From positions 8,538,494 to 8,602,493 of the forward strand of contig NC_057718.1 of assembly GCF_004010195.1 (NCBI RefSeq): a stretch of 64,000 nt of DNA, in the 5' to 3' direction. The position numbers and the translations under genes are program-made. Positions 51,403 to 63,884 of the stretch are shown one piece after another. The DNA is from Chiloscyllium plagiosum (taxonomy: Eukaryota). The number at the start of each line of letters is the position of its first letter. The stretch's first letter is position 1. Below the pieces are notes generated by a model. That model saw only the letters and a program-made list of their open reading frames with translations. It did no database searches and was not told the DNA's origin.

Positions 51403-52585
51403 CTTGCCTTAAGCAAAATTGAAAGTTATGGGGAAAAGGCAAGAAAATGGAGATGAGAATTATTTGTTCAACCATGATCTCATTGAATGGCAGAGTAGTC
51501 TTAATGTGTTGAATGGTCCTATGTCTTATGTTTTATGGGGGGGGTCTTAAAAGATCATAAGACATGACCTCATGATAATTAATTTAAAACAATTGGCAGA
51601 AAATGGAGAGATGCCCGGATCATTGTTAGAATTATTATTAAATATATAGATTTAATTGAAAAGAAAATAGCAAATCTGATATTATCTATAAGGTCTGAAG
51701 AAATGCCTGAGTTCTAATGAACGAGGGAACAAATGATGGAGGGCTATTTGTGTTGAAATTGGTTGCATATATGGGGGAGCTTGTAATCAGTGGCAGGGTG
51801 ATTAAATGAAATAAATTTCCAACAAAAACATGGGTATTTGTACTCTGTTCAAAACATTTATTTCTAGTATACAACAATTGAACACCCAACTCTTGTATTG
51901 ATATTTGATACAAGGCATGGGAAATGTTCACAGTTGTATGAAGGCAATAGATCACCAGTCTATTAAAGAAGAAAATATTGAGTTAAAAGCTTCACTGGTG
52001 ATGTTGGAAATTGATGACCTTTTATTTTCCTTTTCCGCATGAAGGCACTCAGTGTAATCTATTATTTAAACATCCCATCAGTAACATGTACTACTCAGAG
52101 GGCAACAATATCTGAAATGTTGATGGTGATACATTCAAACGATGACCTTCGTCAACTTTCCCTGTCTCCATTGAAGTTGCTTCCACTTGACAGAAGGATT
52201 TATAACTGGGGGAGAAAGGTTGGGGAAGATTCTCAACAAAATCGCAGGCAAGATGAGGGCAGTGCCTTTCACTTTTTGCACAATAATTTGCAATGTGTGG
52301 CTGAATGGGTCATGGAAGGAAATTCAATAGTTGCACCCAAAACACAGTTGGACAAATGCTTGCAAATACAACAATTTTCTAATTGTCGGGTGGTAGAACT
52401 GTTTTGGTCGTACAGACATGATGGGAAAAGGGTCTCTTTTATACTGTATGATTCTATGGTTTTATAACTCTATTAAGGAATAGGGCAAATACGATTGATC
52501 TTTCCAGATGGGAAGCATATAAACAAAGGGCCGAATGGTTCCCTTCTCTACTATATTCAAAAGATTCAATTCCAGCCAAAAGGAG

Positions 52586-55574
52586 CTCCTCCACACTGTG
52601 GGGCCCACTGTCCTCCACACCAGGGGCCCACTGTCCTCCACACCGTGGGCCAGCTTTCCTCCACACAGTGGGGCCCACTGTCCTCCACACCAGGGGCCCA
52701 CTGTCCTCCACACCGTGGGCCAGGTTTCCTCCACACCGTGGGGCCCATTCTCCTCCACACCAGAGGCCCACTCTCCTCCACACCATGGGCCAGCTTTCCT
52801 CCACACCGTGGGGCCCACTCTCTTCCACATTGTGGGGCCCACTCTCCTCCACATTGTGGGGCCCACTCTCCTCCATACAGTGGGCCAGCTTTCCTCCATA
52901 CCATGGGGCCACTCTCCTCCACACCATGGGGCCCACTCTCCTCCATACCAGGGGCTCACTCTCCTCTATACTGTGCGGCCCACTCTCCTCCACACTGTGG
53001 GGCCAACTCTCCTCCACACCATGGGGCCCACTCTCCTCCACACCAGGGGCTCACTCTCCTCTATACTGAGGCCCACTCTCCTCCACACTGTGGGGCCCAC
53101 TCTCCTCCACACTGTGGGGCTCACTCTCCTCCACACTGTGGGGCTCACTCTCCTCCACACTGTGGGGCCCATTCTCCTCCACATTGTGGGGCCCACTCCC
53201 CACCACACCATGGGGCCCACTCTCCTCTACACCAGGGGCCCACTCTCCTCACACCGTGGGGCCCACTCTCCTCCACACCATGGAACCCACTCTCCTCCAC
53301 ACCAGGGGCCCACTGTCCTCTATACTGTGGGGCTCACTCTCCTCCATACTGTGGGGCCCACTCTCCACCATACCATGGGGCCCACTCTCCACCATACCAT
53401 GTGGCCCACTCTCCTTCCACACCATTGGGACCACTCTCCTCTATACTGTGGGGCTCACTCTCCTTCACACTGTGAGGCCCACTCTCCTCCACACTGTGAG
53501 GCCCACTCTCCTCTGTACTGTGGGGCCCACTCTCCTCAACACTGTGGGACTCACTCTCCTCCACACTGTGGGGCCCACTCTCCTCCACACCGGGGCCCAC
53601 TCTCCTCTATACTGTGGGGCTCACTCTCCTCCACACTGTGAGGCCCACTCTCCTCTACACAGTGGGGCCCACTCTCCTCCACATCATGTGGCCTACTCTC
53701 CTCCACACGCTGGGGCCCACTCTCCTCCACACCGTGGGGCCCACTCTCATCCTCACTGTGGGGCCCACTCTCCTCCATACCAGGGGCCCACTCTCCTCTA
53801 TACTGTGGGGCCCACTCTCCTCCACGCTGTGGGGCTCACTTTCCTTCACACTGTGGGGCCCACTCTCCTCCACACTATGGAGCCCACTCTCTCTACACAG
53901 TGGACCCACTCTCATCCACATCATGTGGCCTACTCTCCTCCACACCCTGGGGCCCACTCTCATCCACACTGTGGGGCCCACCCTCCTCCACACCAGAAGC
54001 TCACTCTCCTCTATGCCATGGGGCCCGCTCTCCTCCACACCATGGGCCCACGCTCCTCCACACAGTGAGGCCCACTCTCCTCCACACCGGGGAGCCTTCT
54101 TTCCTCCACACTGTGGGGCCCAGTCTCCTCCCCACCATGTGGCCTACTCTCCTCCACACTGTGTGCCCACTGTCCTCCACACCATGGGGCCCGCTCTCAT
54201 CCACTCTGTGGGGCCCACTCTCCTCTATACTGTGGGGCTCACTCTCCTGCACACTGTGGGGCCCACTCTCCTCCACACCAGGGGCACACTCTCCTCTGTA
54301 CTGTGGGGCCCAATCTCCTCAACACTGTGGGGCTCACTCTCTTTCGCACTGTGGGGCTTACTCTCCTCCACACTGTGGGGCTCACTCTCCTCCACACTGT
54401 GGGGCCCACTCTCCTCTATACTGTGGGGCTCACTCTCCTCCACACTGTGGGGCTCACTCTCCTCCACACTGTGGGGCTCACTCTCCTCTATACTGTGGGG
54501 CTCACTCTCCTCCACACTGTGGGGCTCACTCTCCTCCACACTGTGGGGCTCACTCTCCTCTATACTGTGGGGCTCACTCTCCTCCACACTGTGGGGCTCA
54601 CTCTCCTCCACACTGAGGGGGTCACTCTCCTCACACTGTGGGGCTCACTCTCCTCCACACTGTGGGGCTCACTCTCCTCCACACTGTGGGGCTCACTCTC
54701 CTCTACACTGTGGGGCCCACTCTCCTCCACACTGTGGGGCCCACTCTCCTACACACCGTGGGGCCCACTCTCCTACACACCGTGGGGCACAGTCTCCTCC
54801 ACACCATGGGCCCACATTCCTCTATACTGTGGGGCTCACTCTCCTCCACACCATGGGGCCCACTTTCCTCTACACTGTGGGGCCCACTCTCCTCCACACC
54901 ATGGGCCCACATTCCTCTATACTGTGGGGCCCACTCTCCTCCACACTGTGGGGCCCAGTCTCCTCCACTCCATGGACCCACTCTCCTCCACACTGTGGGG
55001 CCCACTCTCCTCCACATTGTGGGGCCCATCTCCTCCACACCATAGGGCACATTCTCCTCCATACTGTGGGCCCACTCTCCTCCATACTGTGGGCCCACTC
55101 TCCACCACACCATGGGCCCACTCTCCTCTACACCGTGGGGCCCACTCTCCTCCACACCATGGGGCCCACTCTCCTCTATACTGTGGGCCCACGCGCCCCC
55201 ACACTGTGGGGCCCACTCTCCTCCACACCATGGGGCCCACTCTCCTCCACACTATGGGCCCACTAGCCCCCACAGTGTGGGGCCTACACTCCTCCACACC
55301 ATGGGCCCACTCTCCTCTACACTTTGGGGCCCACCCTCCTCTACACTGTGGAGCCCACTCTCCTCCACACCGTGGGGCTCACTCTCCTCCACACCGTGGG
55401 GCCCACTCTCCTCCACACCGTGAGACCCACTCTCCTCCACACTGTGGGACCCACTCTCCTCTATACCGTGGGGCCCACTCTCCTCCACACCGTGAGGCCC
55501 ACTCTCCTCCACACCGTGAGGCCCACTCTCCTCCACACTGTGGGCCCACTCTCCTCTACACCAGGGGCCCACTC
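52586..55574. repeat. ~3-kb minisatellite, ~24-bp unit GGCCCACTCTCCTCCACACTGTGG (~125 copies)
   Basis: Directly visible tandem array; it produces the repetitive ORFs (VEESGPHS, LLHTVGPT) on both strands. Confidence 0.98.
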
Positions 55575-56815
55575 GAGGTCAATGCCATAGACCTGGCTTC
55601 TTAAGGGCAAGTAGCAATGTGTCACCAATGCTGGCCCTATGAATGAATACAACGTAGTATTCAGAGGGCACAGAACCAAACATGAGAATGAGGAGAGAGT
55701 TTCTTACATAGTGAGCTGTTGTGACCTGGGATGTACTCCCAGGCAGAGCGCTGGAAGTCGATTTAACAGCAACTTTCAAACAGATTTTTGATGGATATTT
55801 GCAATTTTATGGGGCCCTGGAAATTGTCTCACAACAGTGGGACTAACTGAATGGTGACACAGAGAGAGAGGTAAGTAATCCTTTCAGTGCCACGGTAGGA
55901 TTCTGTGACATCTGTAGATTCACCTGTTTCAGTAAAGCTTCATGAAACTTTGGAACGATGTAACTGTAACTTGACATTATTTCAGTGGGCAATTCGTCTG
56001 TGGCTCGCAGGGATAATTGTGACAGTGCTATGGTGTAAAACCTTCTCATTACCCTCTCATTAAACTAGTTTTACATGATTACCTCAAGTTCAAGTTAACA
56101 GCTCGGAATTAGGTGGTGAGTTTGTGGGAGTATTCTTTGCCTTGTAAAAAGTCAATAAATGCATGCCAAACGTTCATTTTAAATTAGGAATTAATTCAGG
56201 AGAGGTGCCTTTTGTTGTTTAGATGACTTGAGGAAAATGTTAAGTGTTGTAATTACCATAAGTATGCATAATTGCTATTCGTTTACCCAACCAATGTTAT
56301 ATAAATTGTCTATTACCTTTGAGCCTGAGTCCTAACCCCACAAAATATTATCGTAAAACAAAAACATAAATTAATAATTATTTTGAATCCAGTGACTCTT
56401 CTTCAGAACTATATTTGTCAATGGTATCTGGATGTCATCAACTGCACCAGAATTTATTGCCTGTCCCTAGTTGCCCTGCACAAAGTGGTGGTGAGCTGCC
56501 TACTGGAACTGCTGTAGCCTATGTTGTGCAGGGACACCCACAGTACTGTCAGGGAGGGATTTACAGGATTTTGACCCAGTGAGACTGAAGGAATGATGAT
56601 AAATTTCCAAGTCAGGATTTAGAATAGATTCCCTAGAGTGGAAACAGGCCCTTTGGCCCAACAAATCCAAACCGACCGTCCGAAGAATAACTCACCCAGA
56701 CCCATTTCCCTCTGACAAATGCACCTAACACTATGGGCAATTTAGCATGGCGAATTCAGCAAACCTACACATTTTTGGATTGTGGGAGGAAACCCACGCA
56801 GACACAGGGAGAACA

Positions 56816-58050
56816 TTATTTGTATCATCGATAGTCACAGGTGAAGTGCCGAAAGACTGGAGGTTGGCAAATGTGGTGCCACTGTTTAAGAAGGGTGGTA
56901 AGGGCATAGACCAGTGAGCCTGACCTCAGTGGTGGCAAGTTGTTGGAGGGAATCCTGAGGGATAGGATGTACATGTATTTGGAAAGGCAAGGACTGATTT
57001 GGGATAGTCAACATGGCTTTGTGCTTGGGAAATCATGTCTCACAAACTTGATTGAGTTTTTTGATGAAGTAACAAAGAAGATTGATGAGGGCAGAGCAGT
57101 AGATGTGATCTATATGGACTTCAGTAAGGCGTTCGACAAGGTTACCCATGGGAGACTGATTAGCAAGGTTAGATCTCATGGAATACAGGGAGAACTAACC
57201 ATTTGGATACAGAACTGGCTCAANNNNNNNNNNNNNNNNNNNNNNNNNNNNNNNNNNNNNNNNNNNNNNNNNNNNNNNNNNNNNNNNNNNNNNNNNNNNN
57301 NNNNNNNNNNNNNNNNNNNNNNNNNNNNNNNNNNNNNNNNNNNNNNNNNNNNNNNNNNNNNNNNNNNNNNNNNNNNNNNNNNNNNNNNNNNNNNNNNNNN
57401 NNNNNNNNNNNNNNNNNNNNNNNNNNNNNNNNNNNNNNNNNNNNNNNNNNNNNNNNNNNNNNNNNNNNNNNNNNNNNNNNNNNNNNNNNNNNNNNNNNNN
57501 NNNNNNNNNNNNNNNNNNNNNNNNNNNNNNNNNNNNNNNNNNNNNNNNNNNNNNNNNNNNNNNNNNNNNNNNNNNNNNNNNNNNNNNNNNNNNNNNNNNN
57601 NNNNNNNNNNNNNNNNNNNNNNNNNNNNNNNNNNNNNNNNNNNNNNNNNNNNNNNNNNNNNNNNNCTGGAGCGTCGGAGGCTGAGGGGTGACCTTATAGA
57701 AGTTTACAAAATTATGAGGGGCATGGATAGGATAAATAGGCAAAGTCTTTACCCTGGGGTCGGGGAGTCCAGAACTAGAGGGCATAGGTTTAGGGTGAGA
57801 GGGGAAAGATATAAAAGAGATCTAAGGGGCAACTTTTTCACGCAGAGGGTGGTACAGGTATGGAATGAGCTACCAGAGGATGTGGTGGAGGCTGGTACAA
57901 TTGCAATATTTAAGAGGCATTTGGATGGCTATATGAATAGGAAGGGTTTGGAGGGATATGAGCCGGGTGCTGGCAGGTGGGACTAGATTGGGTTGGGATA
58001 TCTGGTCGGCAGAAGGGTCTGTTGCCATGCTGTACATCTATATGACTCTA
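56816..58050 (+). mobile_element. Young CR1 LINE (RT to 3' UTR) spanning a gap
   Basis: SQHGFVLGKSCLTNLIEFF..VDVIYMDFSKAFDKV and the C-terminal motifs. Confidence 0.95.
57224..57665. other. Assembly gap
   Basis: N run. Confidence 1.
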
Positions 58051-58539
58051 CATGACCTCCACACAGTCACCCAAGGCTGTAATTGAACCAGGGCCCCAGG
58101 CATTGGGAGGCAGCAGTGGTAATCACTGAGCAACAGTACCACCCCAAGGATGGTGAGTGACCTGGAGAGGAACTTACAGGTAATGGTGGTGGCTATTGTA
58201 GCAGCAATGGATCAGAACCCCAAAGTATTTATGGATCTGTTGCAACTTTTAATTCCAATAAATTGATTTTTAACAGTAAAAACAAACTGCTGCAGAAAAG
58301 GAAAAACTATATGTGCTTGAGTGACTGGCAAAGTCCTGTGTGATGTCAACAAGGTGTTCTACTGTAATGGGTCAGCAGAACTTTAAATAGGGAGTGATTT
58401 AACAAGGGGAGATAACACGGGGCTGTCTAACCCCTTCTCATCAGAAATCCACCTCTTGCAGATTTATCTGTTTTCTTTTCCTGGAATGTACCGAGAAAGG
58501 GGTTAAGTACTGACCTGACCTCGACCCAAAGTCCATGAT

Positions 58540-59410
58540 AAGATGTATAGGCAAAAGTAGCCCATCAAGTCTGCTCTGTCATTGAGATCAGGGCTGATCT
58601 GATCATCCTCAACACTACTTTCCTGCCTTTTCCCTATATCCCTTGGTTCAGTACAGATTAAAAATCCCTACATTTCAGCCTTGAATATTCTTAATGACCA
58701 GGCCTTGACAAAGAATCTTAAAGAAAGCTTGTAAAGAGGTTCCAGAGACTCACTCCCCTCTGAGAGCAAACAAATTCCTCCTCATCTCTGTCTTCAATGT
58801 GCAACTCCTTGTTCTGAGATTGCGGCCTCTGGTCCTAGACTGTCCCACAAGAGCAAACAATCGCCCCACATCTACTCTGTCAAGTTCACTAAGAATCTTA
58901 AGTGTTTTAATAAGGTCACCTCTCATTCTTCACCCACAGTCACAGCTGGTGTATTACTACCAGACCCCAAAATCAATGATAAGGGCATCCCTGCTATGAG
59001 TGTCTCCATGACTGGATCTTTATCTCTTCACTACCATTAAGCCATAAGATATAGAAGCAGAATCAGGCCATTCAGCCCATTGAGTCTGCTCCACCATTCA
59101 ATCATGGCTGCTATGTTTCTCAACACCATTCTCCAGCTTTCTCCATGTAATCCTTGATCCCATTACTAGTCAAGAATCTATCTGTCTTTGTCTTAAATAG
59201 ACTCAATGACTCATTGTCCTTCTGCAGCAATGAGTTCCCCAGATTCTCCACCCTCTGGCTGAAGACATTCCTCCTCATCTCAGTTCTAAAGGGTCGTCCC
59301 TTCACTCAGAGGCTGTGCCCTTGGGTCCTAGTCTCTCCTACTCGTGGAAACATCTTCTCCACATCCGTTCTATCCAGGTCTCTCAGTGTCCTATAAGTTT
59401 CAGTCAGATC
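58540..59410 (-). mobile_element. Two older CR1 3' ends (58540-58930 and 59042-59410)
   Basis: KGRPFRTEMRRNVFSQRVENLGNSL and the CR1 3' UTR. Confidence 0.8.
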
Positions 59411-59449
59411 ATCGGGGTTTAACTCCATTTGCATTAGTTTACTGGCACT

Positions 59450-59661
59450 GATTAGATTAGATTCCCTGCAGTGTGGAAACAGGCCCTTCGGCCCAACAAG
59501 TCCACACCGACCCTGCGAAGAGTAATCCACCCAGACTCATTTTCCTATATTTACCCCTGACTAATACACCTAACACTATAGGCAATTTAGCATGGCCTTT
59601 TCACCTAACCTGCACATCTTTGGATTGTAGGAGGAAACTGGATCACCCGGAGGAAACCCAC
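59450..59661 (-). mobile_element. 5'-truncated HE1-like SINE
   Basis: Family body and tail. Confidence 0.85.
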
Positions 59662-60836
59662 TGAGTGCGAGGTTCTCCGAACCTTCTCAAGGAGGAGAAA
59701 GCCTCTGCGTTGGACAGTGTTTAGTGTTCCAGAAGCCTCTCTCATATACCTGTGAAGTGACCGAGAATACTTGAAAATCTCCGAAACATTAATGACGGGA
59801 ACATCAGACAAACAACCAGAGCCTTTTGGGAGACTATGCGCTTGTATTCCTGCCATTATAAGGTGAACTCTGGAAGGCCTGGTTCAGAGATTTGCATAAA
59901 ATAGCCATCAAACTCATAGAAATTTATTAACCAATTCAGGAGGCCTCAAGTTGGGGGTCAAAAGCAGTGGTTATGTCATGTCAACATGATGAATCAGTAC
60001 CACCACTGAGAATGGTCTGGCCAATTGCCATTGTCCTAGAGGATGAGGGTGGGTTGGGGCTGGATTGGACAGAGATGTGGGTGAGGCCCATATTGAACCC
60101 TCTACAATGCGGCTTAGCAATACAGTAATAGGGGCAAACCTAGTCTCCTTGTTCACCCATCTTGAGGCTGAGCAGCGAGCTGGCGTAATTTGGCTACTCA
60201 AAGTATTCAAGGGCTGATGAAGGGACAAAGCCAGGCTGCACCACCAGAGTTTCCTTAGAATGGTGAGAGGAGTTCATGCTGGCCAAAACCCAATGGGCTG
60301 AATGGTTTGCTTCATTCCTATGAATTCAATGGGCTTGTGGATGTGGCAGGAGTTGATGGCTCAACCCACATTATCCACAGAATTCCCAAGCCCTACATGT
60401 CCCAGTTATTTTTTGGAGGTCAATAATTGTGGAAGCAAACATACAGAGGATAATTCCATTCCCAATCATTAGTCCACTCGATGTGTGTAAGTTCATTTGT
60501 CACCCTAAAGAAATATGTTAAATGGTTACATCATTATTAGAGCCAAGGCTTTTTTGACAGCACCTTCTAAACCTGTGACCTATAGATACATGGGAAACAC
60601 CACCCCCTGCAAGGTCCCCTCCAAGCCGCTCAGCACCCTGACTTGGTTGCTTCACTGTCGCTGGGTCAAAAACTTGAAACTCTCTTCCTAATAGAACAGG
60701 GCTGGTGTCTCTCCACAAAGACTGCAGCAGTTCAAGAAGGCACTTTGCCACTATTTTCTCAAGAGCAATTAAGATTGAGTAACAAATGTTAGCCTAGCCA
60801 GTGATGCCTACATGTTACGAACAAATGTAAAAGAAT

Positions 60837-61133
60837 GGGGTGGCTCAGTGGTTAGCACTGCTGCCTCACAGCACCAGGGTCCCAGGCTCGATTCCAGCCT
60901 TGGGCGACTGCCTGTGTGGAGTTTGCACATTCTCCCCGTGTCTGCATGGGTTTGCTCCGGTTTCCTCTCACAGTCCAAAGATATGCAGGTTAGGTGAATT
61001 GGCCATGCTAAATTGCCCATAGTGCTAGGTGCATCAGTCAGAGGGAAATGGGTCTGGTGGGTTACTTTTCGGAGGGTTGGTGTGGACTGGTTGGGCCGAA
61101 GGGCCTGTTTCTGCACTGTAGGGAATCTAATCT
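60837..61133 (+). mobile_element. HE1-like SINE
   Basis: Full head, body and tail. Confidence 0.9.
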
Positions 61134-62429
61134 CATGTAAGGAATATTTTTATGTCAGATACAGTGAAGTTCAATACCTCATCTGTGAGGGACAGCTGGA
61201 GAGGCCATAAGCATAAGTTAGTTTCTAATAAATCCAGCAAATATTTTCGGAATTGCGAAAAGGATGTTAAGAATGCAGTACAATCTTTAGAGAAATATAG
61301 CTCACGTTTATTTACAATACGTTTCCAGAAAAAAGAAGGTGGAGGGGCCAGTGTTGGACTGGGGTATACAAAGTTAAAAATCACACAACACCAGGTTATA
61401 GTCTGACAGATTTATTTGGAAGTACTATCTTTTGGAGCACTGCTCCCGAAAGCTAGGGCTTCCAAATAAACATGTTGGAGTATAACCTGGTGATGTGTGA
61501 TTTTTAACAGAATAAGGAGACATTTTGTTATCGAGTCATACAGCACGGGAAACAGATTCTTCAGTAATTATAATAATTATAAGTCAAAAGTCTCCTGCTG
61601 CCAATAACAGAATGCAGTACTAGAAGTTAATTAAAAAGCATAGGCTACTCTACTCAGTCCTCTAGCTTTGCAAATACTAGCTGATGGATGCAATATTTTC
61701 CATTAAAATTAGTTTTATTAGAATTAAATAATGTCCCAATGCAGGTCAGAAAATTAGCTGGCCTTTAAAAAGAATAGAGCCGAAGGAATGATTTTCTCAC
61801 TGGCTAAATTAATTTCCTGATACATTTGGATATAGTTATCTCTGTCTGAAAGCAAGGCATGCAGAGGGAATAATTGAATGCCGATGAATCTCAATGCTTG
61901 GCTTTTTATCAAAAAAGGGGAAATTGGAACTGCCCGAATTGTTTTCAGAAGTGCAGATGGAACTGAACCAAGAATAAATGGAATTTGATGGCACATATTC
62001 ACTTTCTGCAGTTCTCTGCTTTGAGAACATACATTGACACCCTTGGATCAGTGACCATTGAGCTATAATCATGAATTCAAAAGGTACAGTTGCCATAAAG
62101 AATGACAACTGTGATGAGTTGAACCGAAGTGTCACCACACCCCAGACAAGGGGAAAGGTGAGAAGATAGAAACTTCATGATACCTTCAGCTGGTGTGAGG
62201 ATTGAACTCATACTGTTGGTGTTCACTGTGCATCATACACCATCTGCCTGGCGAATGAAGACCATCAATGCTGGCTCTTTGCAGGTGCTATTAGACCACA
62301 CTACTCACCTCTTCACTAAACTCACCCTGTCCATTCTCCTGCTGTTCTCAGTTACGTATTTAAATGCATTTTTTTTTACAGGGGATGGGGTTTGGTTTGT
62401 AATGCAGAATGACACCAATAGCATGGTTT

Positions 62430-62948
62430 CATCATCGATGGTCCCTCACAGATGAGGATGACTCTCTCCCTCGCTCAAGGTGAGTCTGTAGATAGCTGTA
62501 CAGACCGATGGGGCTATCGCAGGCTCTGTTACACCTGGGGCAGCAGGTGGTGATGGGAAGGGGTGGCTGGGGCATTAGCGAAGCAGTGTGATCCTTACGG
62601 TGTTTTCTACCGGCTTCCATTTCTTCCGGACGGCAACTCTCAGCGCTTTCTCGAATGCTCCTCCTCCATTTTGGATGGTCTTGGGCCGGTGATTCCCAGG
62701 TGACAGTGGGACTGCCGCACTTCCCCAGTGGGGCCTTGAGGGTATCCCTGAAGAACTTCCTCTGTCCTCCTGCTGTTTCGAAGGTGGAAGTAGAGCACTG
62801 GTTTAGGGACTCTCGTATGGGTCATGGGGATGACGTGCCCAGCCGACCGTAGCCGATTGACGGGTGCGGTCAATGGTTCGATGCTGGGGATGTTGGCCTG
62901 GTTGAGGACACTGATGTTCTTCCCGACGGATTTGCAGGATCTTCCTCA
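62430..62948 (-). mobile_element. RTE/BovB-like LINE 3' end inserted in an older SINE
   Basis: RLRSAGHVIPMTHTRVPKPVLY and CPRCNRACDSPIGLYSYLQTH (ORFs 62640-62873 and 62432-62620). Confidence 0.85.
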
Positions 62949-63884
62949 GGGGCTGAGGTTATCATGAAGGACTCTCATTTACAAATTCTCCTCTTGCCTA
63001 CGGCATGATGACCCTCAGATGAAACCATAACCAGTCACCTCTCTCTAATGAAAGAACAGCCCAATGGTCTGGTAGAACCATCACAGCTTCAATTTTTAAG
63101 AGCTGAAAGGAATTCACAAAAACAGATATGTGGTTGAATGTTCATACTTATCCAAAGAGAAATAAATTGTAGGGCTAAATGGAAAGGTTGAGGGGATGGT
63201 AGTGGTGATTGGTGACCTGCTCTTGCAGGCGCCCAACACTAAAATGATGGACTGAATGGTCTTCACCTGTGATTCCTTTCAAGAATTACAATTTCAAATT
63301 TTTAGTGAAAGGTTTCAGCGCTTGTGTTTATACAAATTAGAATGGGAACAATCCATGTATTCACTCTAATTTGCATATGTAAACATATTTATAATTAGCA
63401 TAATTGATCTTAAACGGTCCCCCTTAAGCTCTCCAATTGTGGGACATTGGGAAAGGATTGTCTGGAAATTCACCTGCTCTGTGTAGGTTAATCGCAACGA
63501 AGCTACGTTTTGAAGAGTCGTACACGGAATAATTATTAGTATTTTGAGTTGGAGAAAGGATAGAGAGGGCTGATGCCAACATTAATATCAGCTCTCGCTG
63601 CCATCTTCGATTGTTGCCTGTTTGTTGAAAATAAATTGGTACATGCAAGTCAGGTCCTGACGCTGTTTTGTCATTCACTGCAGTCACTTTGATCTTTGTC
63701 ACAAGGCTGTAATTATGTTTCCGATAGCGAACACTTGGGGAATGACAGAAAAGGTTTGAACAGATGTTAAACTTAATATAGATACGCTGTTGAGTAAATA
63801 GGTCACAGCAGCTGTTTCCTGTCACCTTGAAGGAATAAACAAAAGAAGTTGCATTTACGTAGAGCCTCACATCCTCAAGACGTC

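Larger units (their letters stand above)
56618..58144 (-). mobile_element. HE1-like SINE split by a CR1 (parts 56618-56815 and 58051-58144), nested in a Jockey-group LINE tail
   Basis: SINE body ends ...CAGACACAGGGAGAAC and resumes ..CTCCACACAGTCACCCAAGGCTG. Confidence 0.8.

Noticed and set aside
52586..55574. CRISPR-like array
   Set aside because: The units are contiguous with no unique spacers, there are no cas genes, and the context is eukaryotic.
52454..55679. Long ORFs up to 550 aa on both strands (His/Pro-rich, VEESGPHS repeats)
   Set aside because: They are a by-product of a 24-bp unit lacking stops. ORFs are open in many frames on both strands with frequent 23-bp frameshifting units and no frame preference.
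56940..57986. 348-aa ORF as an intact gene
   Set aside because: It is CR1 RT read through a 442-base N gap, and the element is 5'-truncated.
59749..59850. Possible minus-strand exon (AG...CAG|GTATAT)
   Set aside because: Weak polypyrimidine tract and no recognisable peptide.
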